Positions 46,635-56,102 of a stretch of 64,000 bases of DNA are shown piece by piece. Source of the stretch: an uncultured bacterium (lineage in GTDB: Bacteria; Bipolaricaulota; Bipolaricaulia; UBA7950; UBA9294); contig CAIOGO010000008.1 in assembly GCA_903857865.1 (NCBI GenBank), forward strand, positions 12,292-76,291. The letters are read 5' to 3'. The notes beneath the pieces were generated by a model. It had not been told where the DNA came from. It saw only the letters and a program-made list of their open reading frames with translations, and searched no databases. Made by a program: the position numbers and the translations under genes. The number at the start of each line of letters is the position of its first letter. The stretch's first letter is position 1.

Positions 46635-49600
46635 ATGACGGGCGGCGATGCAAGGGTTGACAGCGTAAGAGCGTTTCGTGCCGGCCACGAGTATCACGAG
46701 GCTTGGACGGTGAGTCTAGCACTGCAGCTCTTGCAGCTCTTGCGGCCGGACGATGACCTTGTCGCGATTGCTGTCGAAGGGCTCTCTCCGGTCGATCAGG
46801 CTCGCGCCTCGGCGCGAGCCATGGAAATAGCGGACCTCACGCTCTACTACGGCGATGGACCGAGCTTCGAGGAGGCTTCGCGCGTCCGCGTTGTTCAGTT
46901 CAAGTACTCCGTAGCCGACAGTGACACGGACTTCCGGGCAAGCCACGCGAAGAAGACTATCGAGAAGTTCGCAGTGACATACCGCGAGGGTCTTGAGAAG
47001 TACGGCGCTTCGGCTGTAGAAGAGAAGCTTGGCTTCCAGCTCATGACGAACCGGCCAATCTACGCACCGCTTCTCCGGGCGGTGGAAGCTATAGCCCAAG
47101 GACTCCCTCGAACAGGAGAGATCGCGGAGCAGGCGAGGCAGTTCAAGGCTCATGCGCAGATGCACGGAGCGGCACTTGCCGCATTCGCCGCGAAGTTCGA
47201 ACTGAGCGGCCGTTCCGGAAGTCTTCAAGGGAAGAAGACGGAGGTCTCAACCTTGCTGGCTGACTGGTCGGCAGCGAGCGGCCAGGACCTCGTCGTCAGG
47301 GCGCGGCTTGGCGACCTGCGGGAGCTGGTTCGGGACAAGGCAGGCGAGAAGGGAGCTCCCCAGAATTGCATCACTCGAACGGACATCCTGGCAGTGCTTG
47401 GGGTGCACGACTCTGATGATATGCTGCCATGCAAGTCGGCACTCTCAGACGTCGGGAGGGTCGTTGAGCGCCAGCAACTCACCGATGCAGTCACTCTGAT
47501 CTCTTCCCTTACGATTCCGCTCGTGATCCACGGATGCGGAGGTATTGGCAAGACCGTGTTCATGTCCAGTCTTGCTGCGAAGCTTGCGGAGCGTGACGAG
47601 GTTCTCTTCTTCGACTGCTTCGGTGGTGGAGCCTATCGCGCCATAGACGAAGCAAGGCATCTGCCGCAGAGCGGTCTCATCCACATCGCGAACACGTTGT
47701 CGTTCCGCGGGTTATGTGAACCAATGCTACCTGGTAGTTCGGATGCGCGTTCGCTCATGCGAACGTTCAAGCGGCGTCTCATCCAGACTATCGCAACGAT
47801 ATCCAGAACGGAACCGGGAAGAGAAGTGATCCTGTTCATCGACGCTGTTGACAACGCTGCAATCGTCGCACAGGAGCGCGGTGACGATTGCTTCCCAGTT
47901 CAGTTGCTCGAGAGCCTCAATGACAAGCCCATCCCAGGTCTGAAAGTCATCGTCTCGTGCAGGACAGAGAACAAGCCCTCGACGTACGCGAGATACCAGG
48001 AATTCGAGTTGCAGCCGTTCACCAGGCTTGAAACGAAAGCATTCTTGCGTGCTCGGCTCAGGACGGTCTCCGAGACGGAGATCAACGTCGCGCAATCGCG
48101 GTCCGGCGGCAATCCGCGTGTACTTGCCCATCTGGCCGCGGGCGAGCGCGGTCTGCTTGATCAGTCTGAGATCGAGAAGAAGGTCGAACTCGACGAGCTC
48201 ATCCAGCAACGGATTGACAACGCGGTCGACACAGCCATCAAACGTGGGTGTACGCAAGGCGACATCAATCGATTCTTGGCAGGACTGGCTGTTCTGCCCC
48301 CGCCCATTCCGCTTGACGAGTGTGCTAGCGCGCTTGGCACTGACGAGAGCGCGGTCAAGAGCTTCGTCTCAGATCTCTTCCCATGGCTGGAGCGATTCGA
48401 CCAAGGCATCATGTTCAAAGACGAGCCCACCGAGACGCTGATTCGCCAGGAGTACGCGTCTTCTCAAGAGCTTCTTCGCCGTGTCGCCGACAACCTGTTC
48501 GCACGCCAAGACGAATCGGTGTATGCAGCTCGTGCTCTTCCAGAACTTCTGTACCGGCTCGATGATGGCAAGAGGCTCTTCAATCTGGCATTCGATGGTC
48601 GGATTCCTGCGGCGATAACAAGCGCGGTAGGCAGGAGGAGCATCCGGTATGCTAGGCTCAGGGCCGCGACACTCCACGCTGCGGAGAAGCGCAATGCTGA
48701 CGGGCTCGTGAAGCTGCTTGTGGAGCTGTCCACGGTCGCCGTCTCTGATCAGCGCGGGGCCACCTACATCCTCGAGCATCCCGATCTCGTCGTGGCCGCT
48801 AGGGACGCTGACGCGATGCGTCGGCTCTTTGAGACGCGCACCGGGTGGCCAGGGGCGCGTCATGCGAGGCTTACGATTGCCAATGCAGTTACCGGCGAAT
48901 TCGAGGAGGCATCGCGCAACGCGTCCGCGGCCAGAGAATGGATCAACCACTACCGCAGTCAACCTGATCACGCAAGACAGAGGAACGATCACGGTCCGGA
49001 ACGCCCGGACATTGCTGCTATACCACTCCTCCTGATCTCGGAGAGCCGTGCGAAGAACGCAGCGAACTTCCTCCGCGGATGGCAGGACTGGTATGCATAC
49101 GAAGTCTGCGAATGCGTATTCGAGTACTCCCGTCTGGCGCAAACGATCGGGACACAGTCGCCCCGCCGATTGTCTCGCTTTGTCGGTGAACTTGAGGGAA
49201 TCGGACCGCTTGCGGCGGCCCTTTCTTTCTCGGAGATCGGAAGGCCAAGACGCAAGGACTTGGTTGAGAAGTTGGCGGGGCTCTGCCGCAAGAGAACGCA
49301 GCTCCGGATCTCGGACAGCTTCGCACACAACGCGAGATACACCCTTCAGGACGGCCTTCGCAAGGCCGCCGCGATGGCCTTGGCGCTGGGGCTTGACGCA
49401 CAGGCGTTGGCAATCGCAACGCGTGCTCCTCATCAACGCCCGCGAGTCTCATCGTACCGCGATGTCTTCTATCATTCGGATGTCTTCCCCTTCCTGTTCC
49501 ACACGGCGCTCGTTGCCGCTGTGAAGGAGCAGCCTCTTCATGAGAAGGACGTCTTGCCTGCGGAGCTTGTGCCAGTCTGCTCTGCAATCCGCAAGAGCCA

Positions 49601-52600
49601 GGCAGGAAGCCAGTTCCGCGCCAAAGCGAAAGCGAGACTGCTCAAGAGCCCACAGAAGCAGCGCGCTGTGGAAGGGCAGGAGCCGCGCGCGCTGAGCTAC
49701 GAGGAACGCCAACAGGCCGAGCATTACCTCGACCACCGCTTGGGACCGCTCCTGGCGATGGCGCGGGCACTGTCGGCCATCCTTGCAGCGTCTTCTGGCG
49801 TAGTCGACAGAGCCTTCTTGGATCTGCTAGGGGTGTGGAAGGATGCTCGAAAGAGCCACGATTCATATCGAAGTGAGAAAGCCAGTCGCTTCTTCGAGAT
49901 GCTTGGCCTCGATGCGGCGCTCTTCGCGTTGTGGGCGCGTGGCGAGATCAGACCGGCATCTGTCGAATGCCTCCTCTCGACGATGCAGGACCAGGACGTT
50001 GGAGTCCAGTATCTCATCCGGCTCGTTTCGATTCTCGCAAGAAGACCTCACTTGCATGGTCTTGCTGGAGAGCTCGCGCTCAAGGCGCGCCAACATGTCG
50101 ACACCGAGCAGGACGTGGATTCCCGCGCATCGCTCTTCGCCAGTCTGGGTCGGGCCATGCTTCCCGCCAGCATTGATGAGGCAGCCACCTACTTCCGCAT
50201 GGGCCTTGAGCAGATGGATGCTATCGGTGCAGGGGACTATCGCTTCGTGCACGAGGTTCTCTCGTTCGCATCTGCGATCAAGGGCGGCGAGCTTGAGGAT
50301 CGTGACGTTCTCACCCTGGAAAGCATCTGTGAGCTCAACATGGGTGAGGAGGCGGAGAAGTTCACCTGGGGAGTGTACGGGCAGGCCATGTCCAAGTGCT
50401 CCGGTCTCAGAGGCCTGGCGACTCTGAGCAGGTGGGACGATCGCTCTCGGATCGCACTTCGCAGTACGCTGCTGCCCTATCTCACTGCACTGGTCGAAGA
50501 TGGAAAGCTTGCACCCGAGGATGCGCTCTCGCTCAATCATCTCGCTGCTCCCGCTGAGTACTGGGATAGCGGAACACGTGAGTTCGCGCGGGCCATCCGG
50601 GGCAAGGCCGGACCTGATCCGGAGGTTGTCTCTGAGCTCATCCAGCAATACGAGAAGAACAACCCAACAGCTCCGTGGGACGAGACCCTCCAGGCTCTTG
50701 CAGCCTTGGCGGAGGAAGCTTTCGGAGCATCTTCTGACACCGTCGGCCACCTCACCGCCGCTAGCGAGCGCTATGGCAGCACTCGTCATACGCTGAACGA
50801 ATACGGAAACTACAGCGGCGAGTCCGCATACAGAGAGCAGATGAGGGAGCGCGCGGACAATGAGCGGCAACAGGATCGCGCCAACGCAGAGAAGATTGGA
50901 GACGACGCCGATCCGACCGACAAGGCCTCGCTCTCTCGCGCAATCAGTGCTCTCAACGGACTGCAGTATGCCTACGACTTCAGGGCCGACTTCTTCTCCT
51001 CGATTCGCACCAGAGTCCCATTTGCCGAACACGCCAGGTACATCCACAACCTCTGCGATCTGGAGCACCTGTCGCTCCACTGGAAGCTGGCGGAGCTAGC
51101 AGAGTGCAAGCAGGGGTGGGGAAGATCCTCTGCTGCTCTCGGTCCGGCCCTACGGAGTGAAGCCATTCCCCTGATCGGGCTCCACGCTGATGACCTTCTG
51201 GGCGAAACTCTCGCCGGTTCGCAGATTGCGGAGATCTCCAACCTGACTGGGACACCAAGTTATGAGCTTGTCCTCGAGCTCATCCGAGTCGCTGCAAGGC
51301 GAAGGAGATCCGTCGCTGGTGCGGTCTGGCTTGCACTCGGCTCGTTTGTCTGTCCCCGTGCGAACGACGGCCAAGCTCGAGTCGCTCTGAGGCGCTTGCT
51401 CGGGAGTGATGCTGCGAAGCTTGCCGAGCGCGGCGCCAGCGAACGTTGCTCGGGTGGGCCTTACCCCACAGGCGACGTGCCGACGGTCGCGGCGGGACTT
51501 GTATGGAGAGCACTTGGGTCACCCTGCGCAGAGACGAGGTGGCACGCTGCCCACAGTGTCCGATGCTTCGCAAGGTTCGGACGATGGGAGGTTGTGGATT
51601 CGCTCGTCCGCCATCTCAACTGTAAAGATGCTGGGCCATTTCAGGCACCCGAACTCGCGTTCTACTATCTGCACGCCAGGCTTTGGCTCCTCATCTCGCT
51701 CGCTCGGACGGCGCTCGATCATCCCGAGGCGATCGCACGCTACAAGGATGACCTCACTTCACTCGTCATGGAAGAGCAATGGCCGCATGTTCTCATGCGC
51801 CACTTCGCCGCACGCGCGCTTCAGTCCTGCATCAATGCTGGAGAACTCACGTTGCCAGAGCCCGAGGAGAGGCAAGTGCGTACGATCGATCTGACGCCGC
51901 ATCCTCATCTGAAGGAGAGTGGGACGGAGCGCACAGATTCGTACCACAGTCGTCCGGATTCGATTCCGAGACCGGCTTTCGAGCTCCATTTCGACTACGA
52001 GTTCCACAAGCTTGATGTAGACAGCCTGGGCCGGGTTTTCGGCAAGTCATGCTGGGAAGTCGCCGATACGATCTCGTCGATCGTTCATCGGCTTGACCCG
52101 GCGGTGTCCAGCATGTACGACGCCGGTGGTCGTGACTCACCGCAGCGATACGGCTACTACGGCTTCGGCACGGAACATCACGGGTACGGCCAACAGCTTG
52201 GTTGGCACGCGCTCTTCATCGCTGCAGGCGAGTTCCTTAGGGCGCTTCCCGTCGTGGATAGTCCGTGGTACAACGAGGACGCCTGGGAGGAGTGGCTCGG
52301 CCGGTATCTTCTCACTCGAGAGGATGGACTCTGGCTTTCGGATGGCACGGACACCCAGCCATTGGATACAGCCAGCACTCTCCTTGAGAAAGGGACGAAG
52401 AGCCTCAAGATCACTGGGGCCCGAAAGAGACTCCTGCAACTAGCCGGAATCGGCGACGCTGTTGGAAAGGAATTGGTCGTCGAGGGGAGGTGGTTCTCTG
52501 CAGACGATATCGGCATCCACATCTCATCAGCGTTGGTTCCCCCAAGCAAGGCCAGGGTGCTTGCGCGAGCGCTGACTCGTGAAGAGCCCGTGATTGTCTG

Positions 52601-53102
52601 GATTCCCGTACTTGATGAATCCGAAAGCGACCTGGGCTACCGACAACAAGAGTACGCACCCTGGATCGTCTGCCCGTCCGGCGTCGCTCGGCTTGACGAA
52701 CACGATCCCTACGGAGCCACCGTTGCGAATCTCAGGCCGCGCCTGGCACGCGAGATCTTGAGCTTGTACTCGCTCAGGAGCCGTGATCCATTCGAGCGAG
52801 TCTGGTCTGACAAGCGAGACGCCGCAATGTTGCGTGCTGACGCATGGGGCCGCGACGAGACGGACGCTCGGCGAAGTCCACATCCAGGGCTACGCCTGAT
52901 CTGTGCCTCTCCTTTGCTCAGGAGGCTACTGACCAAGAGAGATCGGGACTTGCTTCTGCTCATCAAGCTCGAACGCCACGAGAAGAGGCATGGACAAGAC
53001 AGCGAATGGAGCCACACGATCGCCGTAGTTCGCATTGCTAAGACGCTTGACCTTGAGTACTTCGAGGGGCGCACGAACCATGCATACAGACCTGGGCGCT
53101 AG
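46635..53102 (+). CDS. giant STAND NTPase with N-terminal Cap4/DUF4297-like PD-(D/E)xK nuclease domain and about 1600-aa unassigned C-terminal region (Avs/bNACHT-like defence candidate)
   Basis: N-terminus GGDARVDSVRAFRAGHEYHEAW...IAVEGLSPVD...EIADLTLYY...VVQFKYS. Walker A GCGGIGKT (47532-47555), Walker B VILFIDAVD (47826-47852), GGNPRVLAHL. ATG 46635 (TTG 46626 also possible). Confidence 0.8.
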   Translation: MTGGDARVDSVRAFRAGHEYHEAWTVSLALQLLQLLRPDDDLVAIAVEGLSPVDQARASARAMEIADLTLYYGDGPSFEEASRVRVVQFKYSVADSDTDFRASHAKKTIEKFAVTYREGLEKYGASAVEEKLGFQLMTNRPIYAPLLRAVEAIAQGLPRTGEIAEQARQFKAHAQMHGAALAAFAAKFELSGRSGSLQGKKTEVSTLLADWSAASGQDLVVRARLGDLRELVRDKAGEKGAPQNCITRTDILAVLGVHDSDDMLPCKSALSDVGRVVERQQLTDAVTLISSLTIPLVIHGCGGIGKTVFMSSLAAKLAERDEVLFFDCFGGGAYRAIDEARHLPQSGLIHIANTLSFRGLCEPMLPGSSDARSLMRTFKRRLIQTIATISRTEPGREVILFIDAVDNAAIVAQERGDDCFPVQLLESLNDKPIPGLKVIVSCRTENKPSTYARYQEFELQPFTRLETKAFLRARLRTVSETEINVAQSRSGGNPRVLAHLAAGERGLLDQSEIEKKVELDELIQQRIDNAVDTAIKRGCTQGDINRFLAGLAVLPPPIPLDECASALGTDESAVKSFVSDLFPWLERFDQGIMFKDEPTETLIRQEYASSQELLRRVADNLFARQDESVYAARALPELLYRLDDGKRLFNLAFDGRIPAAITSAVGRRSIRYARLRAATLHAAEKRNADGLVKLLVELSTVAVSDQRGATYILEHPDLVVAARDADAMRRLFETRTGWPGARHARLTIANAVTGEFEEASRNASAAREWINHYRSQPDHARQRNDHGPERPDIAAIPLLLISESRAKNAANFLRGWQDWYAYEVCECVFEYSRLAQTIGTQSPRRLSRFVGELEGIGPLAAALSFSEIGRPRRKDLVEKLAGLCRKRTQLRISDSFAHNARYTLQDGLRKAAAMALALGLDAQALAIATRAPHQRPRVSSYRDVFYHSDVFPFLFHTALVAAVKEQPLHEKDVLPAELVPVCSAIRKSQAGSQFRAKAKARLLKSPQKQRAVEGQEPRALSYEERQQAEHYLDHRLGPLLAMARALSAILAASSGVVDRAFLDLLGVWKDARKSHDSYRSEKASRFFEMLGLDAALFALWARGEIRPASVECLLSTMQDQDVGVQYLIRLVSILARRPHLHGLAGELALKARQHVDTEQDVDSRASLFASLGRAMLPASIDEAATYFRMGLEQMDAIGAGDYRFVHEVLSFASAIKGGELEDRDVLTLESICELNMGEEAEKFTWGVYGQAMSKCSGLRGLATLSRWDDRSRIALRSTLLPYLTALVEDGKLAPEDALSLNHLAAPAEYWDSGTREFARAIRGKAGPDPEVVSELIQQYEKNNPTAPWDETLQALAALAEEAFGASSDTVGHLTAASERYGSTRHTLNEYGNYSGESAYREQMRERADNERQQDRANAEKIGDDADPTDKASLSRAISALNGLQYAYDFRADFFSSIRTRVPFAEHARYIHNLCDLEHLSLHWKLAELAECKQGWGRSSAALGPALRSEAIPLIGLHADDLLGETLAGSQIAEISNLTGTPSYELVLELIRVAARRRRSVAGAVWLALGSFVCPRANDGQARVALRRLLGSDAAKLAERGASERCSGGPYPTGDVPTVAAGLVWRALGSPCAETRWHAAHSVRCFARFGRWEVVDSLVRHLNCKDAGPFQAPELAFYYLHARLWLLISLARTALDHPEAIARYKDDLTSLVMEEQWPHVLMRHFAARALQSCINAGELTLPEPEERQVRTIDLTPHPHLKESGTERTDSYHSRPDSIPRPAFELHFDYEFHKLDVDSLGRVFGKSCWEVADTISSIVHRLDPAVSSMYDAGGRDSPQRYGYYGFGTEHHGYGQQLGWHALFIAAGEFLRALPVVDSPWYNEDAWEEWLGRYLLTREDGLWLSDGTDTQPLDTASTLLEKGTKSLKITGARKRLLQLAGIGDAVGKELVVEGRWFSADDIGIHISSALVPPSKARVLARALTREEPVIVWIPVLDESESDLGYRQQEYAPWIVCPSGVARLDEHDPYGATVANLRPRLAREILSLYSLRSRDPFERVWSDKRDAAMLRADAWGRDETDARRSPHPGLRLICASPLLRRLLTKRDRDLLLLIKLERHEKRHGQDSEWSHTIAVVRIAKTLDLEYFEGRTNHAYRPGR

Positions 53103-53314
53103 GCGCGCGCACCGGGCACGGACTGCGGCGAACACCTATGCTTCTTTGTGCTTGCAGTGTGAGGCGCGCCGCTCTGACACGTCAGGCGACGGCTCCCGCT
53201 CGTGGACCAACGCTGCGGTGCGAGCTGAAGCACAGAAGACGTAGACATCGACGCTGTGTTCTCACGATGCCGTGACTGGGAGGCACCCGTCACCACTCTG
53301 CGACGGTCACACGC

Positions 53315-53343
53315 GTTCTCTGATCGGTCCCCCAGGCTCCACA
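53315..53343 (+). repeat. 29-mer tRNA-3'-end-like repeat, copy A
   Basis: GTTCTCTGATCGGTCCCCCAGGCTCCACA, identical at 55793-55821 and 63733-63761. The ending GGCTCCACA matches the tRNA-Ala 3' end. Confidence 0.9.
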
Positions 53344-53444
53344 GGGACCACGGCTTCGCTGTTCTGGTCAGCGCTCTTCACCGCTGTCACCTACTTCCCC
53401 GCAGAGGGGCATCGGCGACAACGTAGACAGAATCCTCACTTCTT

Positions 53445-53461
53445 GGTTCGAGTCCCCTAGG
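53445..53461 (+). repeat. attR-like exact copy of the tRNA-Ala T-arm/acceptor segment
   Basis: GGTTCGAGTCCCCTAGG equals 46374-46390. Confidence 0.9.
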
Positions 53462-53661
53462 GTCGCGTGATGTGCATCACACTCGCTCCCGTAGCTGGAA
53501 TCCCTCCTTCTTCGTTTAACGATGGGCTCGGGGGCAGATCAAGCTGGGCGTAGTCCGGGTCCGTGCCGACGCAGCCTGTCATCTGCTGCAACCTGGGCGC
53601 AACCCCCAAGCGATCCCGATTTCGGATCCACCCTGGAGGTCTCACGGGAGCACGTCGGCGC

Positions 53662-55593
53662 CTACTGCTGCGACAGTGACGCTCTCAACTCCGAAAGGCG
53701 ACCGGTCAGTTCTCGGGCCTTCACAGTGCCGGGCTCATCACCGATGAATCGAGACAGCGCTTGCGCCTGCGCCGCCAAGTCCGAGAGCTTATCCAGCTCA
53801 AGACCTCTTCCCGAGCCAGCCTCGATCCTCCAGCGGATCACGTCACGGACGGAGTTTGACCAGGCGGTGATGTACCCAAGGCGCCGGTAGAGGTCCACCT
53901 GGTCTTCCGAGAGCTGCGCTTTCGTCAGCGCCGGTCTGCTCTCTAGCCGTATGTGCAAGCGCTTGGCATGCTGGCTTCCGAAGTAGTTGTCAGAGAAGTC
54001 GAAGTGCCTCTTGGCTCTCCACAGATGGAAGGCCGCCCAGCACCTAGCAATCCTCCAGACCTGCGTCCACCTTCCCCCGCGCTTGAGCGCCTCATGGAGG
54101 CTCTCTACTGCCTGGGCAGCAAGCAAGTGGAGGTTTCCCGCTGCGCTCGACAGCCGCTTCCTGCGCGGGACGGACTCGGGGCCAAATCCACAAGACCAGC
54201 ATACGACCGAGGCTCCAAGCAGGCGAACCCAGATCCCAAGCCACCGACCGCCAATAGCCGCCATCTGAGTCCACCAGGGGGATCCCCTGTCGGCGGCGCT
54301 ACCGCGCTGGGCCGCGGGTGAACGGACGCGTAGCAGTGACGCCCGTGTCTCGGCGAGACCGAGGCGCGCGCTGCTCAACTCGATCCGCTCTACTGCATCT
54401 TCGGAAGCTCTCAGCGCGGCGGTGTAGCCCTGCTCGGAGAGAGCGAGCGATTGGGCGGTGTGGGATTCGAGGAAGTGAGCTCGCGCCTTCGCTTTCTGAT
54501 ACCAGACCTGGTTTCGCAAGGATGGTCTGTCGTCTGCCATCCCCGCAAGCAGCGCGAGGGCGGCTGAGCCCGCCCCCACGTCAAGCGCTGCCAGACACGC
54601 CCACCTCGCCGCTTCGCCTGGCGGGAATGCACTCGTATCGACTGGCAGACTCCCGCATGGGCGCGCAGAGCTTTGGGAACCCCTTGGTTCCGGCTCCATG
54701 CTGACGGAGGCACGCTGTTCAAGAGAGAGCGTGGCAGACAGTCTCTGGAAGAACGGTACGGCATCTCCACACATGGCCACTGTCGATGGGAAGCCAAGGA
54801 TGCGTCTAGCATCTAGCGAGACGTCTGCATTCTGCCCGTGCAGATTCCAGTAGAAGCGAGACGCGCCCGCCTTAAGCAGCAACGGGCAGATGTCGAAGTC
54901 GAAGCCGCTGTACCCAAAGACGACGACGGTCTTGCCGTGGATGAGCTCTTTCAAGAGATCCCGCTTCCAGGGAGGAAGCGCGCGCTCTGCCGAGAGCGAG
55001 GAGACAACTGTGCGGGGTTCATCGATACTGCCATGGATCTTGAAGAGAGGAGGCAGTGCCGGGGACCATGAGTCGAGCTGTCTCTCCTCGAAGATGCGGG
55101 TGTTCTCCCGCGCAGCTGGCGTCCAGCACTGCTCGATGAGGGTATCATAGTTCGTCGTCACAATGGCCGAGGCAGCAGGCGGAGAAGCCGCAAGGCAACC
55201 TGCAAGCGTCGAGTGTATCTTGTTGCTCGTTCCAGACGCGAGGTTTCGCACCAGGAACTGCTGGACCGGGCCCTCGCCTATCTGGGCATCATAGATGTCC
55301 AGCAAGCCCTCAAGGGGGACACCGTGGACTTGGAGTCGTTCCTGCAAGCCAGGAACGGGAAGCTCGCAGCCTCCGAGCGCGGCAGCAAGGGTCGCTGCAA
55401 GGTCAACGGGAAGTGTCCGGAACGTGTCCGATCCGATGAGCATAGCAGCCAAGCTTCGCCGGAGCTCCTCACCAGTCGGGAGACAGGCCGGCGGAGGCTT
55501 GGAAACACCCGCGCCGATGAAGAACACGAGATCTTGCGGAGGCACCGCAGCGATTTCGTCGACGAGATCAGTGTTACTGGGGTAGTCTGCCAC
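53662..55593 (-). CDS. SIR2_2-domain protein with unassigned alpha-helical C-terminal half (defence-associated sirtuin candidate)
   Basis: LVFFIGAGVS, VTTNYDTLIEQ, LFKIHGSIDEP, VVVFGYSGFDFDI. GTG 55593 lies 5 nt after GGAGG. Confidence 0.8.
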   Translation of the reverse strand: MADYPSNTDLVDEIAAVPPQDLVFFIGAGVSKPPPACLPTGEELRRSLAAMLIGSDTFRTLPVDLAATLAAALGGCELPVPGLQERLQVHGVPLEGLLDIYDAQIGEGPVQQFLVRNLASGTSNKIHSTLAGCLAASPPAASAIVTTNYDTLIEQCWTPAARENTRIFEERQLDSWSPALPPLFKIHGSIDEPRTVVSSLSAERALPPWKRDLLKELIHGKTVVVFGYSGFDFDICPLLLKAGASRFYWNLHGQNADVSLDARRILGFPSTVAMCGDAVPFFQRLSATLSLEQRASVSMEPEPRGSQSSARPCGSLPVDTSAFPPGEAARWACLAALDVGAGSAALALLAGMADDRPSLRNQVWYQKAKARAHFLESHTAQSLALSEQGYTAALRASEDAVERIELSSARLGLAETRASLLRVRSPAAQRGSAADRGSPWWTQMAAIGGRWLGIWVRLLGASVVCWSCGFGPESVPRRKRLSSAAGNLHLLAAQAVESLHEALKRGGRWTQVWRIARCWAAFHLWRAKRHFDFSDNYFGSQHAKRLHIRLESRPALTKAQLSEDQVDLYRRLGYITAWSNSVRDVIRWRIEAGSGRGLELDKLSDLAAQAQALSRFIGDEPGTVKARELTGRLSELRASLSQQ

Positions 55594-55792
55594 ACTCACC
55601 TCCGCCGGGAGACTCCAAGAGGATATCAACCTGATCCCCCAAGACTGAACCGCGGCATCAGGTGAACCTCTCACCTTGACGTACCTACAGCGTGGAGGAG
55701 CCAAGGTGGCCGCATTGTAGATCGGAACGGCGAATGCGGGTCTTGGCTGGCATGATGTGGACCCGGATTACCAGCGAGCGACGGCCACTCGA

Positions 55793-55821
55793 GTTCTCTG
55801 ATCGGTCCCCCAGGCTCCACA
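55793..55821 (+). repeat. 29-mer tRNA-3'-end-like repeat, copy B
   Basis: Identical to 53315-53343. Followed at 55847-55876 by a second repeat type (GTTCTGGTTACAGTCATGCAGGCTCCACAG). Confidence 0.9.
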
Positions 55822-56102
55822 CTACCACTCTGTAGTCAGAACGAAGGTTCTGGTTACAGTCATGCAGGCTCCACAGCCCGTGTATTCTCGTTCCCTTCTG
55901 CCGTTTCCGCCTTCGCGCTAAGGCTGTCAGCCCGTTGTTGGTGGGAACGCTGTGTAGCCGCCAAGGAGATGCGAGCAGTTGCGCTGCCCAGGATCCAGGG
56001 GTTCGCCACGATGCTCGCAGACAAGCAGAATCTCACGGCCCCTCCGCCAACTGGTGATACAACTCTCGGCTCACCCGACTGGCGGCCGTGCAGATTGCCA
56101 GC

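Noticed and set aside
53662-55593. Thoeris (ThsA/ThsB)
   Set aside because: No TIR-domain ThsB gene nearby, and the C-terminal half does not show the SLOG/Macro features expected of ThsA. It is kept as a stand-alone SIR2 candidate instead.
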